Of a DNA stretch of 64,000 bases, positions 1 through 8,381 are shown piece by piece. Where the stretch lies: assembly GCA_938005615.1 (NCBI GenBank), contig CALLMV010000026.1, forward strand, positions 143 to 64,142, written 5' to 3'. The notes under the pieces were generated by a model, which was given only the letters and a program-made list of their open reading frames with translations, was not told the origin of the DNA and ran no database searches. The position numbers were made by a program, and so were the translations under genes. Positions within the stretch are counted from its first letter, which is position 1. Each line of letters begins with the position of its first letter. Origin of the DNA: an uncultured Verrucomicrobiae bacterium (GTDB lineage Bacteria; Verrucomicrobiota; Verrucomicrobiia; JADLBR01; CALLMV01).

Positions 1-299
1 CCGCTACCTGGGTTGAAGTGATGTGCGGCGATGGCGTGGCGCGGTGTAACGAGAGTGAGACTCATGCGGGCGTCGCCGCTTGTCACACGCCAGCCTATTG
101 GTGATAAGTCTTTTCCAGCAGCCCAGAAGCTAGCGTTTGGAGTTTGAGTGACGCTGAGATCCGTCCACGCGCTGAATCGATTGTATGGCGTGTCGGGGGG
201 AGTGCCAGTGATGTTAAGTGAATACCCAGAGTGAGCAGCCCAAAAGACAAATAGGCAAATGCTCTGCACTATGAAAAGTTTTTTGCGGTTGGTCGTCAT
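1..299 (-). CDS. hypothetical secreted protein, N-terminal part only (ORF runs off the window start)
   Basis: Minus-strand reading frame from the ATG (complement of 297-299) stays open to position 1. The N-terminus MTTNRKKLFIVQSICLFVFWAAHS looks like a signal peptide. It is absent from the ORF track because it is incomplete. Function unknown. Confidence 0.4.
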   Translation of the reverse strand, partial: MTTNRKKLFIVQSICLFVFWAAHSGYSLNITGTPPDTPYNRFSAWTDLSVTQTPNASFWAAGKDLSPIGWRVTSGDARMSLTLVTPRHAIAAHHFNPGS

Positions 300-428
300 A
301 AGAAAAGGTAGTTGTTGCAATTCATATGCCTAACTTAGTGTGATGAAACATTTCTAAACTACAAGTTTGAAAACGCTAGCAAATCGTTTTTACAAAATCT
401 TGCTTCTCACGGAAATGTACTTATCACC

Positions 429-914
429 CTAAGGTCTCAGATTTTTAAATTGCAGCGCGACATCAAAATCCAGTGCCCGGACTTTTTGCATAACGGCTTG
501 AAGATCGTCGCGGCTTTTCCCGCTGACACGTACTTCTCCGTCTTGGATTTGTGCTTGGACTTTTAAACCGGTCGCACGGATCTGTTGGACAAGTTTTTTG
601 GCAATATCGGTTTCCATTTTTGTGATAATTTGAAGCTGCTGAGTGGCATGGCCCACGGAAGAGATTACTGGTGATTTGGCTGAGATATTTTTTAGGCTGA
701 CGTTGCGCTTGGCGAGTTTGTTAAGGACAATTTCGCGAAGGGCGTCGAGTTTGAATTTATCGATCGCTGCAAGGTGGATTGTGTCTTTTTCGTAGTTAAC
801 TTCGGGTTTGGCGTTTTTGAAATCGAAGCGTGTAGCTAGTTCTCGCTGCACTTGATTCAAAGCGTTGAGGACTTCCTGGGGATCAACTTCTGAAACGATG
901 TCGAACGAAGGCAT
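429..914 (-). CDS. yajQ: YajQ family (UPF0234) nucleotide / cyclic-di-GMP-binding protein
   Basis: 161-aa ORF with the typical family length. The N-terminus MPSFDIVSEVD...ELATRFDFK and overall pattern match the YajQ family as I remember it. Confidence 0.85.
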   Translation of the reverse strand: MPSFDIVSEVDPQEVLNALNQVQRELATRFDFKNAKPEVNYEKDTIHLAAIDKFKLDALREIVLNKLAKRNVSLKNISAKSPVISSVGHATQQLQIITKMETDIAKKLVQQIRATGLKVQAQIQDGEVRVSGKSRDDLQAVMQKVRALDFDVALQFKNLRP

Positions 915-1017
915 AAAGTATTGTGGTTTGATAATTCTTCGGGGTCAAATGTTGTCCCAGGGAGTAGAGAGCAGGCTAATCATTGCAAGAGGTGTTTTTG
1001 GCTTTATATTCATTGTT

Positions 1018-2166
1018 GTGAAAAAATTACTCGCTCCAGCTCTTGGGTTGTTTATCTTGGCGTGCGGGGTTTATTTTGTTGTCCAATTTCAAATGGGTAA
1101 AGCCGTTAAAATTGGCGATTCTGATTTGCCCATGGCTGTGGTAGAGCGCGGTGATGTGGAGTCTACCGTTGAAGTTTCGGGTGACATAGCTCCGCTGGTC
1201 GAAACGGAGATAAAATCAGAGATCAGCGGCAGGATCATAGCGATACATGTCAGAGAAGGTGAGAACGTGCGAGAAGGGCAGCTTCTGGTCGAGCTCGATG
1301 ATCGGGATTTGCTTGATGAGAAGGCAGCCGTCGAAACGGAAATTGCGATAGCAAAACTTCAGCACGACAAAGCTCAGAGGGATTTCCAGCGTGCGGAATC
1401 CCTGCACAAAAGAGATTTGCTATCTTTACAGCAGTTTTTGGATGCCGAGACGGCGTATTTGCTGGCCCGCAAAAGTCTGCTGAGGTCGGAGCTGAAACTA
1501 AAAAATGTCGAGACACGTTTGTCGCGTACGAAGATCCATTCTCCGATGTCTGGAATGGTGCTTATTGTGAACGTGATTGTCGGGCAAGTGGCCATCGGCG
1601 CAACAAGCGTTAACAACGGTACCACGCTTATGAAAGTCGCGAACCTTAATGAGATGGTAATCCAGACACATATCAATCAAATTGATATTGCGCGGCTGCG
1701 TGCCGGAATGGCTGCAGATTTTTCAGTCGATTCGCTCCCCAAAGAAAAATTTAAAGCGGTGATTCGCACAATTGCCCCGGTGGCGACCACGCGCAATAAC
1801 ATTAAAGGCTATGCTGTGACATTAGACATCAACACGGGCACGGATCTTCTAAAGCCCGGTATGACGGCTGACGTGAAAATTCCTGTAGCAGCAGCGCATG
1901 ATGTGTTGACTGTGCCGGTGACGGCCTTGTTTCGCCCCGAGGGCAGGCGTATTTTGAGCCAAGACAGGATGCTGGTTTTTGTGGCCCCCCAAGGGGCTTT
2001 GGCAGAGCCAGAACAACGTGAGGTGGAGGTTGGGATATCAAATTTTTCCCGAGTGGAAATCAAGTCTGGACTCTCGGAAAACGAGAAAGTGCTGTTGGTG
2101 CGCCCGCCTACTGCGGGTAGCGAAGCAACCCTGAGGCAATCGCCTGGGGCGGGTCGTCGTTCCTGA
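1018..2166 (+). CDS. efflux transporter periplasmic adaptor subunit (HlyD/MacA/DevB-like membrane fusion protein)
   Basis: Lipoyl-like and coiled-coil regions (SEISGRIIAIHVREGENVREGQLLVELDD..., long heptad stretch) followed by beta-barrel motifs (IHSPMSGMV, GMTADVKI). The track ORF starts at 865 but overlaps yajQ. I prefer the GTG at 1018, which gives MKKLLAPALGLFILACG (K-rich then a TM helix). The ATG at 949 is an alternative. Confidence 0.8.
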   Translation: MKKLLAPALGLFILACGVYFVVQFQMGKAVKIGDSDLPMAVVERGDVESTVEVSGDIAPLVETEIKSEISGRIIAIHVREGENVREGQLLVELDDRDLLDEKAAVETEIAIAKLQHDKAQRDFQRAESLHKRDLLSLQQFLDAETAYLLARKSLLRSELKLKNVETRLSRTKIHSPMSGMVLIVNVIVGQVAIGATSVNNGTTLMKVANLNEMVIQTHINQIDIARLRAGMAADFSVDSLPKEKFKAVIRTIAPVATTRNNIKGYAVTLDINTGTDLLKPGMTADVKIPVAAAHDVLTVPVTALFRPEGRRILSQDRMLVFVAPQGALAEPEQREVEVGISNFSRVEIKSGLSENEKVLLVRPPTAGSEATLRQSPGAGRRS

Positions 2167-2172
2167 GAGTGC

Positions 2173-3414
2173 ATGAGAGCTGTGTTTCTTGCCGCTGGTG
2201 AGGGCCTACGTGATGCTTTAAAGAATCCCCTGCGGTCATTCATTACAGTTCTTGCCACACTTTTGACGGCAGCCTCAATCGTGGTGACCATGTCTCTGGT
2301 GGAGGGTACAGTAAAAGATTATCGGGCGTTTCTGAAGAGTATTGGTGGTGTTGAGGTAGTTAAAGTGCAAAACAGCGGCAGGCTTTTATCGCGTGAAGAA
2401 CGAAGAGAGCTTTCCCCGGGCTTAACGATGCTGGATGTCAAATTAATTCGGGCGAATGTGTCCAGTATAGAACACGTCGCGCCAGTGATCTTCACCTGGG
2501 CCCCTTTCCCGGTGGAGTTTCAAGGAAGTGCACACCGCAATCATCTTGTAGCCACTGAGCCAGATTATTTTTTCGTAAATAGGAAAAAGTTTTCTAGCGG
2601 TCGGGCGTTTACTCAAAAGGAAGTTGAGACGTCTCAGCGCGTGATTGTGCTTGGGTCTGCTGCAGCTTCCCGTTTGAGGTTGGATGCAAATAACATGAAA
2701 GATGCTACTGTGAAGATATCGCAGTACAAATTTCGGGTGATTGGCATTTTAGAGCCCTTCGCCATGTGGATGGATCCGTGGGTTTATATTCCGATGACGA
2801 CTTTTTTGACGCACTTTCGAACGTCGCGCATCGTTGATGCAATTTATGAACCTGCGCAACGACGGCTTGATGAGATTGTGATCCGAGTGCGTGCAGAGAG
2901 CGACATCAATCGCACAATTTCCAGTATTAGGGATCTCCTGTTGCTTACACATAATGGCGTGGAGGATTTTGGTTTTGAGACACGGGAGGATTGGTCAGAA
3001 AACGTGGAAGAACGCGTGAAGGGGTCTGAGGCGACCGGCTTGTTTATTGTATTGGTGTGTTTGGCTGTGGCGACTCTCTCTGTGGCTAATGTGCTTTTGG
3101 CGGCTCTTCGTCAGAGAGTTCGCGAGATTGGGATTCGCATGAGTGTCGGCTGCGAGCCGTGGCAGGTTTTCGTGCAGGTGCTTATGGAAAGCTTGGTACT
3201 GTGCCTGATGGGTTGTGTGCTAGGGCTCATGCTTGGGACTTGGTTGGTTGATGCCATGAACACTGTAAGCCCCACGGTGCTTCCCAAAACAGAGTGGCAA
3301 CAGAAGGTCTTAGTGTTTGTACTCGTCATGTCTTCAGGCATTGCAGCCGGTTTACTGCCGGCATTGCGAGGCGCTGGGATGCACCCTGTCAAAGCGCTGC
3401 AAAGCGGTGTATGA
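2173..3414 (+). CDS. ABC transporter permease, FtsX/MacB-type (4 TM, large periplasmic domain)
   Basis: N-terminal TM helix, about 230-aa periplasmic domain, then the C-terminal FtsX-like 3-TM bundle (REIGIRMSVGCEPWQVFVQVLMESL..., PALRGAGMHPVKALQ). Confidence 0.85.
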   Translation: MRAVFLAAGEGLRDALKNPLRSFITVLATLLTAASIVVTMSLVEGTVKDYRAFLKSIGGVEVVKVQNSGRLLSREERRELSPGLTMLDVKLIRANVSSIEHVAPVIFTWAPFPVEFQGSAHRNHLVATEPDYFFVNRKKFSSGRAFTQKEVETSQRVIVLGSAAASRLRLDANNMKDATVKISQYKFRVIGILEPFAMWMDPWVYIPMTTFLTHFRTSRIVDAIYEPAQRRLDEIVIRVRAESDINRTISSIRDLLLLTHNGVEDFGFETREDWSENVEERVKGSEATGLFIVLVCLAVATLSVANVLLAALRQRVREIGIRMSVGCEPWQVFVQVLMESLVLCLMGCVLGLMLGTWLVDAMNTVSPTVLPKTEWQQKVLVFVLVMSSGIAAGLLPALRGAGMHPVKALQSGV

Positions 3415-4739
3415 AGAAAACTTTGCAGGTGATGATGCTGAGTCTGCGGGATGCTATATCGCACCCGTTGCGAACTTTATTAGCTGTCGTAAGCGTTGCT
3501 TTAAGCGTGGGAGCATTGGTATGCATGTTGGCACTTACAGCGGGTATTGCAGATGCAATTGCTTCGACCTTCAAGCAAAGCAACAGGTTAAATCTACTGC
3601 GAGTAACTCCGCAGGCGGCTCCGCAGTGGCAGGCAGAAATCGCAGCGCGTAGCCCTGGTTTAACCCTGCGAGATGTGGAGGAGCTGCGTGCGACGTTGCC
3701 CAGGGAGAATCTGGTTTCGCCGATTTTTGAGTTGCAGGAAGATTTTGCTGTTTTTAGCCGGTGGAACAGATTGCAGGTACGTGGCGTTCTGCCAGAGTAC
3801 TTTGAGGTAACGGGTTTGAAATTGACAAGTGGTCGTCCGATTACTGATGCGGACGTGGCTGCTAAATCACAAGTGGTGGTGTTAGGGCATACTGTGAAGG
3901 AAATCTTAAAAGAGCGAGGTTGGCAGTATAACCAAATCAGACTGCGGGGCGTAAAGTTTATCACAGTGGGAGAGTTAGAACGCGTGATGAGTGAACACCA
4001 GAGACGTGCCGAGCAGTTGGGCTTTGCCGCACGCCAGAGGCAGAGAAGAATGCAAAGAAACACTCGTGGAAGAGCGTGGGACCCGTTCAGAAATTTGAAT
4101 GAGCAGGTCATTGTTCCCCTCACCACGTTGATGGCGACGCTAGGTTCAGTAAACATGCAGGACGGTCAAAACCTTGGGCCATTAACAAGGATCAGTTCTA
4201 TTGAAATTTACTTACCAGATTTATCCCAAGCGAATGTGCTTGAAGCACAGGTGAGCCAAATTTTGCTGGGCACGCATCTGGGTGTTCAGGATTTTGCGAT
4301 TAACACACCTGAAGCCGACAAAAAGGAATTGGATAAACAAGTCTTTGCTGCGCGCTTTATGGGTGCGGCTATTGCGGGTACTACTCTGCTGATAGGTCTT
4401 CTGGGTATTGCTAATCTGATGCTTAGTGCCTTATCTGATCGTATTCGTGAGATCGGAATCATGCAGGCTGTTGGTGCCGGGCCGCTGGATTTGTTCGTCG
4501 GTACGCTGACGGAATCAGTACTTATTGCCGTAGCAGGCTCTTTAGCGGGTGTGGTGTTGGCTTTTGTTTTTATGGATGCCCTAGTGGCGATTGCACCGGT
4601 GAGTAATTCGCCAGTGCTGATGGTCGAGGATTTGGTTCTGAGTATTTGCTGTACTTGTTTGGCGGGCCTTTTTGCAGGGCTTTATCCTGCCTGGAAATCG
4701 TCTCATTTACATCCGGTAGATGCGTTGCGTTACGAGTGA
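3411..4739 (+). CDS. ABC transporter permease, FtsX/MacB-type (second paralogue)
   Basis: Same architecture (REIGIMQAVGAGPLDLFVGTLTES..., YPAWKSSHLHPVDALRYE). The ATG at 3411 overlaps the upstream stop (ATGA), suggesting translational coupling. The track ORF start at 3294 lies inside the previous gene. Confidence 0.85.
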   Translation: MKKTLQVMMLSLRDAISHPLRTLLAVVSVALSVGALVCMLALTAGIADAIASTFKQSNRLNLLRVTPQAAPQWQAEIAARSPGLTLRDVEELRATLPRENLVSPIFELQEDFAVFSRWNRLQVRGVLPEYFEVTGLKLTSGRPITDADVAAKSQVVVLGHTVKEILKERGWQYNQIRLRGVKFITVGELERVMSEHQRRAEQLGFAARQRQRRMQRNTRGRAWDPFRNLNEQVIVPLTTLMATLGSVNMQDGQNLGPLTRISSIEIYLPDLSQANVLEAQVSQILLGTHLGVQDFAINTPEADKKELDKQVFAARFMGAAIAGTTLLIGLLGIANLMLSALSDRIREIGIMQAVGAGPLDLFVGTLTESVLIAVAGSLAGVVLAFVFMDALVAIAPVSNSPVLMVEDLVLSICCTCLAGLFAGLYPAWKSSHLHPVDALRYE

Positions 4740-4796
4740 TCGCCATTTCTCAGGCGGTGATATTGCACGGGTTTATTAACCATGTAGCGTGAAAAA

Positions 4797-5672
4797 ATGG
4801 CGAGAGTCTGGAAATTTAGGGGTCATACTTGGGACGTCGAGCAAGGACCAGCGGTCATGGGAATCGTGAATGTAACTCCAGATTCGTTTTCCGATGGCGG
4901 GATGTATGCAAGCGCGGAATCTGCAGTGAACGGATGCTTCAGCCATTGGTACGATGGGGCCCTTTGGGTAGATGTGGGCGGCGAATCCACGAGGCCCGGT
5001 TCGGATCCGGTGGAGGAATCTGTGGAGTTGGCCAGAGTGTTGCCTGTACTGGATGGAGTTGGCGCAAAACTTGAGCAATCATCAATGGCTACATGGAAGA
5101 GCGGTTACTTGAGTATTGATACAATGAAGCCTGCGGTGGCTCGCGAAGCTTTGCGGCGTGGTGTGGTCGTTGTGAATGATGTGAGTGGTCTTGCTGCAGG
5201 CGATGAAATGCTGGAAGTTCTAGCAAACTCAGATTGCGGGTACGTTCTGACGCATTGTCAAGGCAGGCCCAAAACAATGCAGCTTGCCCCGCACTATGAA
5301 GACTGTATCGGCGAGGTTCTGAATTTTTTTGAAGATCGGATGCGTATGTTGCAGAACGCGGGTGTGGATCTGGAGCGCGTGGTGCTAGACCCCGGATTCG
5401 GCTTTGGTAAAACCTGGGATCATAACCGGGAACTGTTACTTTCTCTCCAGCGAGTGCGTGGCTTAGGTCGGCCTGTATTTGTGGGGCTTTCACGCAAGTC
5501 CTTTGTGGGACGTGTGACGGGTGGCGTCCCGAAGGAGCGTTTAGCTGGTACGCTGGCTGCGGAAACTCTCGCGGTATGGCACGGGGCGGATATCTTGCGT
5601 ACGCACGAACCGGCGCATACGCTGCAAGCTGCCAGGGTGTGCCGTGCTGTACGTGAGGGATGGAGAGAATGA
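4797..5672 (+). CDS. folP: dihydropteroate synthase
   Basis: Hallmark motifs VMGIVNVTPDSFSDGG, DVGGESTRPG, SIDT, VNDVSG, DPGFGFGKT, GLSRKSF. Confidence 0.9.
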   Translation: MARVWKFRGHTWDVEQGPAVMGIVNVTPDSFSDGGMYASAESAVNGCFSHWYDGALWVDVGGESTRPGSDPVEESVELARVLPVLDGVGAKLEQSSMATWKSGYLSIDTMKPAVAREALRRGVVVVNDVSGLAAGDEMLEVLANSDCGYVLTHCQGRPKTMQLAPHYEDCIGEVLNFFEDRMRMLQNAGVDLERVVLDPGFGFGKTWDHNRELLLSLQRVRGLGRPVFVGLSRKSFVGRVTGGVPKERLAGTLAAETLAVWHGADILRTHEPAHTLQAARVCRAVREGWRE

Positions 5673-5737
5673 TGCTTTTGATGACTCAATAAACATTTGA
5701 TTGAACAAGTTCGTGATTTGGCTGTAGTTCAAGATGT

Positions 5738-6631
5738 ATGGAAAACGTGTTGCTGGTGTTAGAATTTGCATTCAGCAACTGGCGGTGGTGGCTGGAGATT
5801 GTGATTCTGACTGCTGCTTTTTATGGTGCTTATCGCATTTTGCATGGTACGCGCGGAGCGAATATCTTAATTGGTCTGAGCCTGGTAATTGGTGTGCTTG
5901 CGTTCGGTGTGTTTCTTTTGAACCTGGATGTTCTGCGACAGTTACTGGTTGGGATTCTTACAATTTTGCCAATCGGCGCGATCGTGATTTTTCAACAGGA
6001 ATTACGCCAAGCTTTGGCAGAGCTGGCACTTGGGCGAACGTTCCAGTCAAATCGGGCGCAGGAACGTGTGATAGGCGCAGTTGTTTCGGCGTGTGAGGCA
6101 CTTTCTGAAAAACGACACGGTGCGATCATCGCACTTGGTGGTTCACTTTCCCCGGAGGATGTCTTGCAAAGCGGAGTCCAGCTCGATGCCGAAGTCAGCG
6201 AAGAGTTGTTAGAGACCATCTTCTTTCCCAAAACAGCACTACATGATGGTGCGGTTTGGATCAGAAACGGGAGAATAGTGGCCGCTGCCTGCATCTTTCC
6301 ACTTACACGCAGGGAGCAATTACACAGGAGTCACGGACTGCGCCATCGGGCGGCCTTGGGAATCAGCGAAGAGACTGATGCGATGGTCGTCGTCGTTTCT
6401 GAAGAGACTGGTTCCCTCGCGATTTGTCATCGAGGCATGCTGGAACGCCCCATCAATGCCGACAGGCTGCGACAGCGACTCACGGATCATTTTGCTTCAC
6501 GAAAAAAACGTAACAGCGTTGAGGTGCAAGACGCAGTTGAGGTGGCACAGGCTTCACAACCCCATTATCGAGATACTCAACAGATAGTCAGATCATGGTG
6601 GTTGCGACTACTGCCTAGGAAAAATCGATAA
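5738..6631 (+). CDS. cdaA: diadenylate cyclase CdaA (membrane-anchored DAC-domain protein)
   Basis: Three N-terminal TM helices plus a DAC domain with TALHDGAVWIRNGRIVAAACIFPLT and RHRAALGISEETDAMVVVVSEETGSLAI. Confidence 0.9.
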   Translation: MENVLLVLEFAFSNWRWWLEIVILTAAFYGAYRILHGTRGANILIGLSLVIGVLAFGVFLLNLDVLRQLLVGILTILPIGAIVIFQQELRQALAELALGRTFQSNRAQERVIGAVVSACEALSEKRHGAIIALGGSLSPEDVLQSGVQLDAEVSEELLETIFFPKTALHDGAVWIRNGRIVAAACIFPLTRREQLHRSHGLRHRAALGISEETDAMVVVVSEETGSLAICHRGMLERPINADRLRQRLTDHFASRKKRNSVEVQDAVEVAQASQPHYRDTQQIVRSWWLRLLPRKNR

Positions 6632-6810
6632 TGAATAATTTAGCACGAGTCTGGTTTCCGCGCCTTCTTTGCTTCGTCTTGGCATTTGCGTTCTGGTATG
6701 CGGTGAAAAGTGATCTGGGCAAGAATAGAGATTTTTTCCTGTTTGAGTGGAAAAAATTTATTGATAGCAAATCCCAAAGTTCCCGCCTGATGGATACTCC
6801 TTCTGGCTGA
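6631..6810 (+). CDS. small predicted membrane protein (59 aa) in the position normally occupied by cdaR
   Basis: Hand translation gives MNNLARVWFPRLLCFVLAFAFWYAVKSDLGKNRDFFLFEWKKFIDSKSQSSRLMDTPSG. The ATG overlaps the cdaA stop by 1 nt (TAATG). One hydrophobic helix. It is below the ORF-track size cutoff. Coding status unproven. Confidence 0.35.
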   Translation: MNNLARVWFPRLLCFVLAFAFWYAVKSDLGKNRDFFLFEWKKFIDSKSQSSRLMDTPSG

Positions 6811-6849
6811 GAAAGACTACGGATGAGAGTTTTGTGAATTACTGCTCCG

Positions 6850-8199
6850 ATGAAATACTTTGGTACTGATGGAATTCGAGGTCGGGCTGGAGAGTTTCCG
6901 CTTCTGCCTGATTTTCTCCAGAATCTTGGCAGGGTAGCAGCAGAATCTCTTGCGCCCGCTGGTAAGGATTGCCGAGTACTGATCGGTCGGGATACAAGAG
7001 AATCAGGTCAATGGATATTTTTGGAATTATGCGCTGGTCTACAGCAGCGTGGATGCGTAGTATTTGATGCGGGTGTTCTGCCAACAGCAGCTCTTTCCGC
7101 AGGGACTCGGGCAGGAGGATTTGCATTCGGTATCATGATCACGGCCTCCCATAATCCTTGGGATGACAATGGAGTGAAGTTTTTTAGAAGTGACGGTTAC
7201 AAGTTATCAGAGCAGCAGGAGAAACTTATCGAGAGGATGATTCAGGAAGGTTTTCAGCAAAATCCTTCATTCTCTCCTAGCCGTATTGTGCAAGAAGCAG
7301 AATTTTGGCCGGAAGCGCGGGCGGTTTATAGTAAAAGAGTATTGCAGATGCTTGGGGGGAAAGGACTTGCAGGTCTGAGTGTTGTCGTGGATTGTGCAAA
7401 TGGCGCAGCTTCCGATTATGCACCTTGGCTGCTTAGGGAATGCGACGCCTCTGTTTTCGCAATTCACAACAAACCAGATGGTCGAAACATCAATAGCAGT
7501 TGTGGTTCTCTGTACCCTCAAGATTGTATGAGGCAAGTCTTGGAACGCAGAGCAGACCTCGGTATTTGTTTGGATGGCGATGCGGATCGTGTCACGCTGG
7601 TTGATGAAAAAGGTTCTTTGCTCGATGGAGACGACATACTCGCTCTGCTGGCTGCAGATATGCATAGACGGGGGGAATTACACGGTGGCAAGGTTGTGGC
7701 AACTGTACTTTCCAACCTTGGTTTAGACGATCATTTAGCCAAGTTGGGATTGACGGTTGTACGCACTGCCGTAGGAGATGCACACGTGATTCGGGCGATG
7801 CAGGAGCACGGTTCTTGCCTCGGCGGTGAACAATCAGGACACATTGTCGTTGGAACTCATTCCACCACAGGCGATGGTCTGATGACTGCAGTGTGTGTGT
7901 TGCGATCTATGGCGGCTTATCAAAAAAGTCTTTCCGAACTTCGGACTTCTTTTCGGAAGTATCCTCAAAAAATGTTTAACATTGCAGTGCGTTACAAACA
8001 TCCGATCAATTCGCTTGGATTAGTGAGCAACGAATTGAAGACTTTGGAGCAAAAACTAAACGGATGTGGTCGTGTTTTGTTACGATACTCTGGAACAGAG
8101 CCTAAGATTAGGTTGTTAATTGAGGCGCCTTCAGGGATGGATCTCGACTCTTTGGCTGCCCCGTTGATTCAGGCGATTCATGCAGAAATCGGTGCGTGA
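6850..8199 (+). CDS. glmM: phosphoglucosamine mutase
   Basis: MKYFGTDGIRG start, active-site TASHNPWDDNGVKFF, DGDADR metal loop, GGEQSGH, RYSGTEPKIRLLIE. Confidence 0.95.
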   Translation: MKYFGTDGIRGRAGEFPLLPDFLQNLGRVAAESLAPAGKDCRVLIGRDTRESGQWIFLELCAGLQQRGCVVFDAGVLPTAALSAGTRAGGFAFGIMITASHNPWDDNGVKFFRSDGYKLSEQQEKLIERMIQEGFQQNPSFSPSRIVQEAEFWPEARAVYSKRVLQMLGGKGLAGLSVVVDCANGAASDYAPWLLRECDASVFAIHNKPDGRNINSSCGSLYPQDCMRQVLERRADLGICLDGDADRVTLVDEKGSLLDGDDILALLAADMHRRGELHGGKVVATVLSNLGLDDHLAKLGLTVVRTAVGDAHVIRAMQEHGSCLGGEQSGHIVVGTHSTTGDGLMTAVCVLRSMAAYQKSLSELRTSFRKYPQKMFNIAVRYKHPINSLGLVSNELKTLEQKLNGCGRVLLRYSGTEPKIRLLIEAPSGMDLDSLAAPLIQAIHAEIGA

Positions 8200-8262
8200 G
8201 TCTTGCCACAAAGAAGGGTTCTAGAACTATTCATTTCAATGAGTGAGCGGTAGCTGTGAGAA

Positions 8263-8308
8263 GCCACATGCCTTATCTTTAGGCAGATGAGTGGCGAAAC
8301 TTTTTTTC
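8263..8308 (+). terminator. possible intrinsic terminator after glmM
   Basis: Interrupted hairpin: GCCAC(8263-67) pairs with GTGGC(8291-95), and the inner TGCCT(8269-73) pairs with AGGCA(8281-85). A T7 run follows at 8301-8307. The stem has a bulge and the T run starts 5 nt after it, so it is not canonical. Confidence 0.35.
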
Positions 8309-8381
8309 ATTTAGTTTGTCTGCGGCACGTGGCTGAGATTTTTTTATCGTCGTGTTGAATCTAGTTAGTTGTAATCAGAAT

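Noticed and set aside
865-1017. N-terminal extension of the adaptor ORF (track start 865) overlapping the start of yajQ on the other strand.
   Set aside because: The extension does not look like a membrane-fusion-protein N-terminus and would overlap the divergent yajQ coding region. Starting at the GTG at 1018 (or the ATG at 949) gives the usual short basic segment followed by a TM helix.
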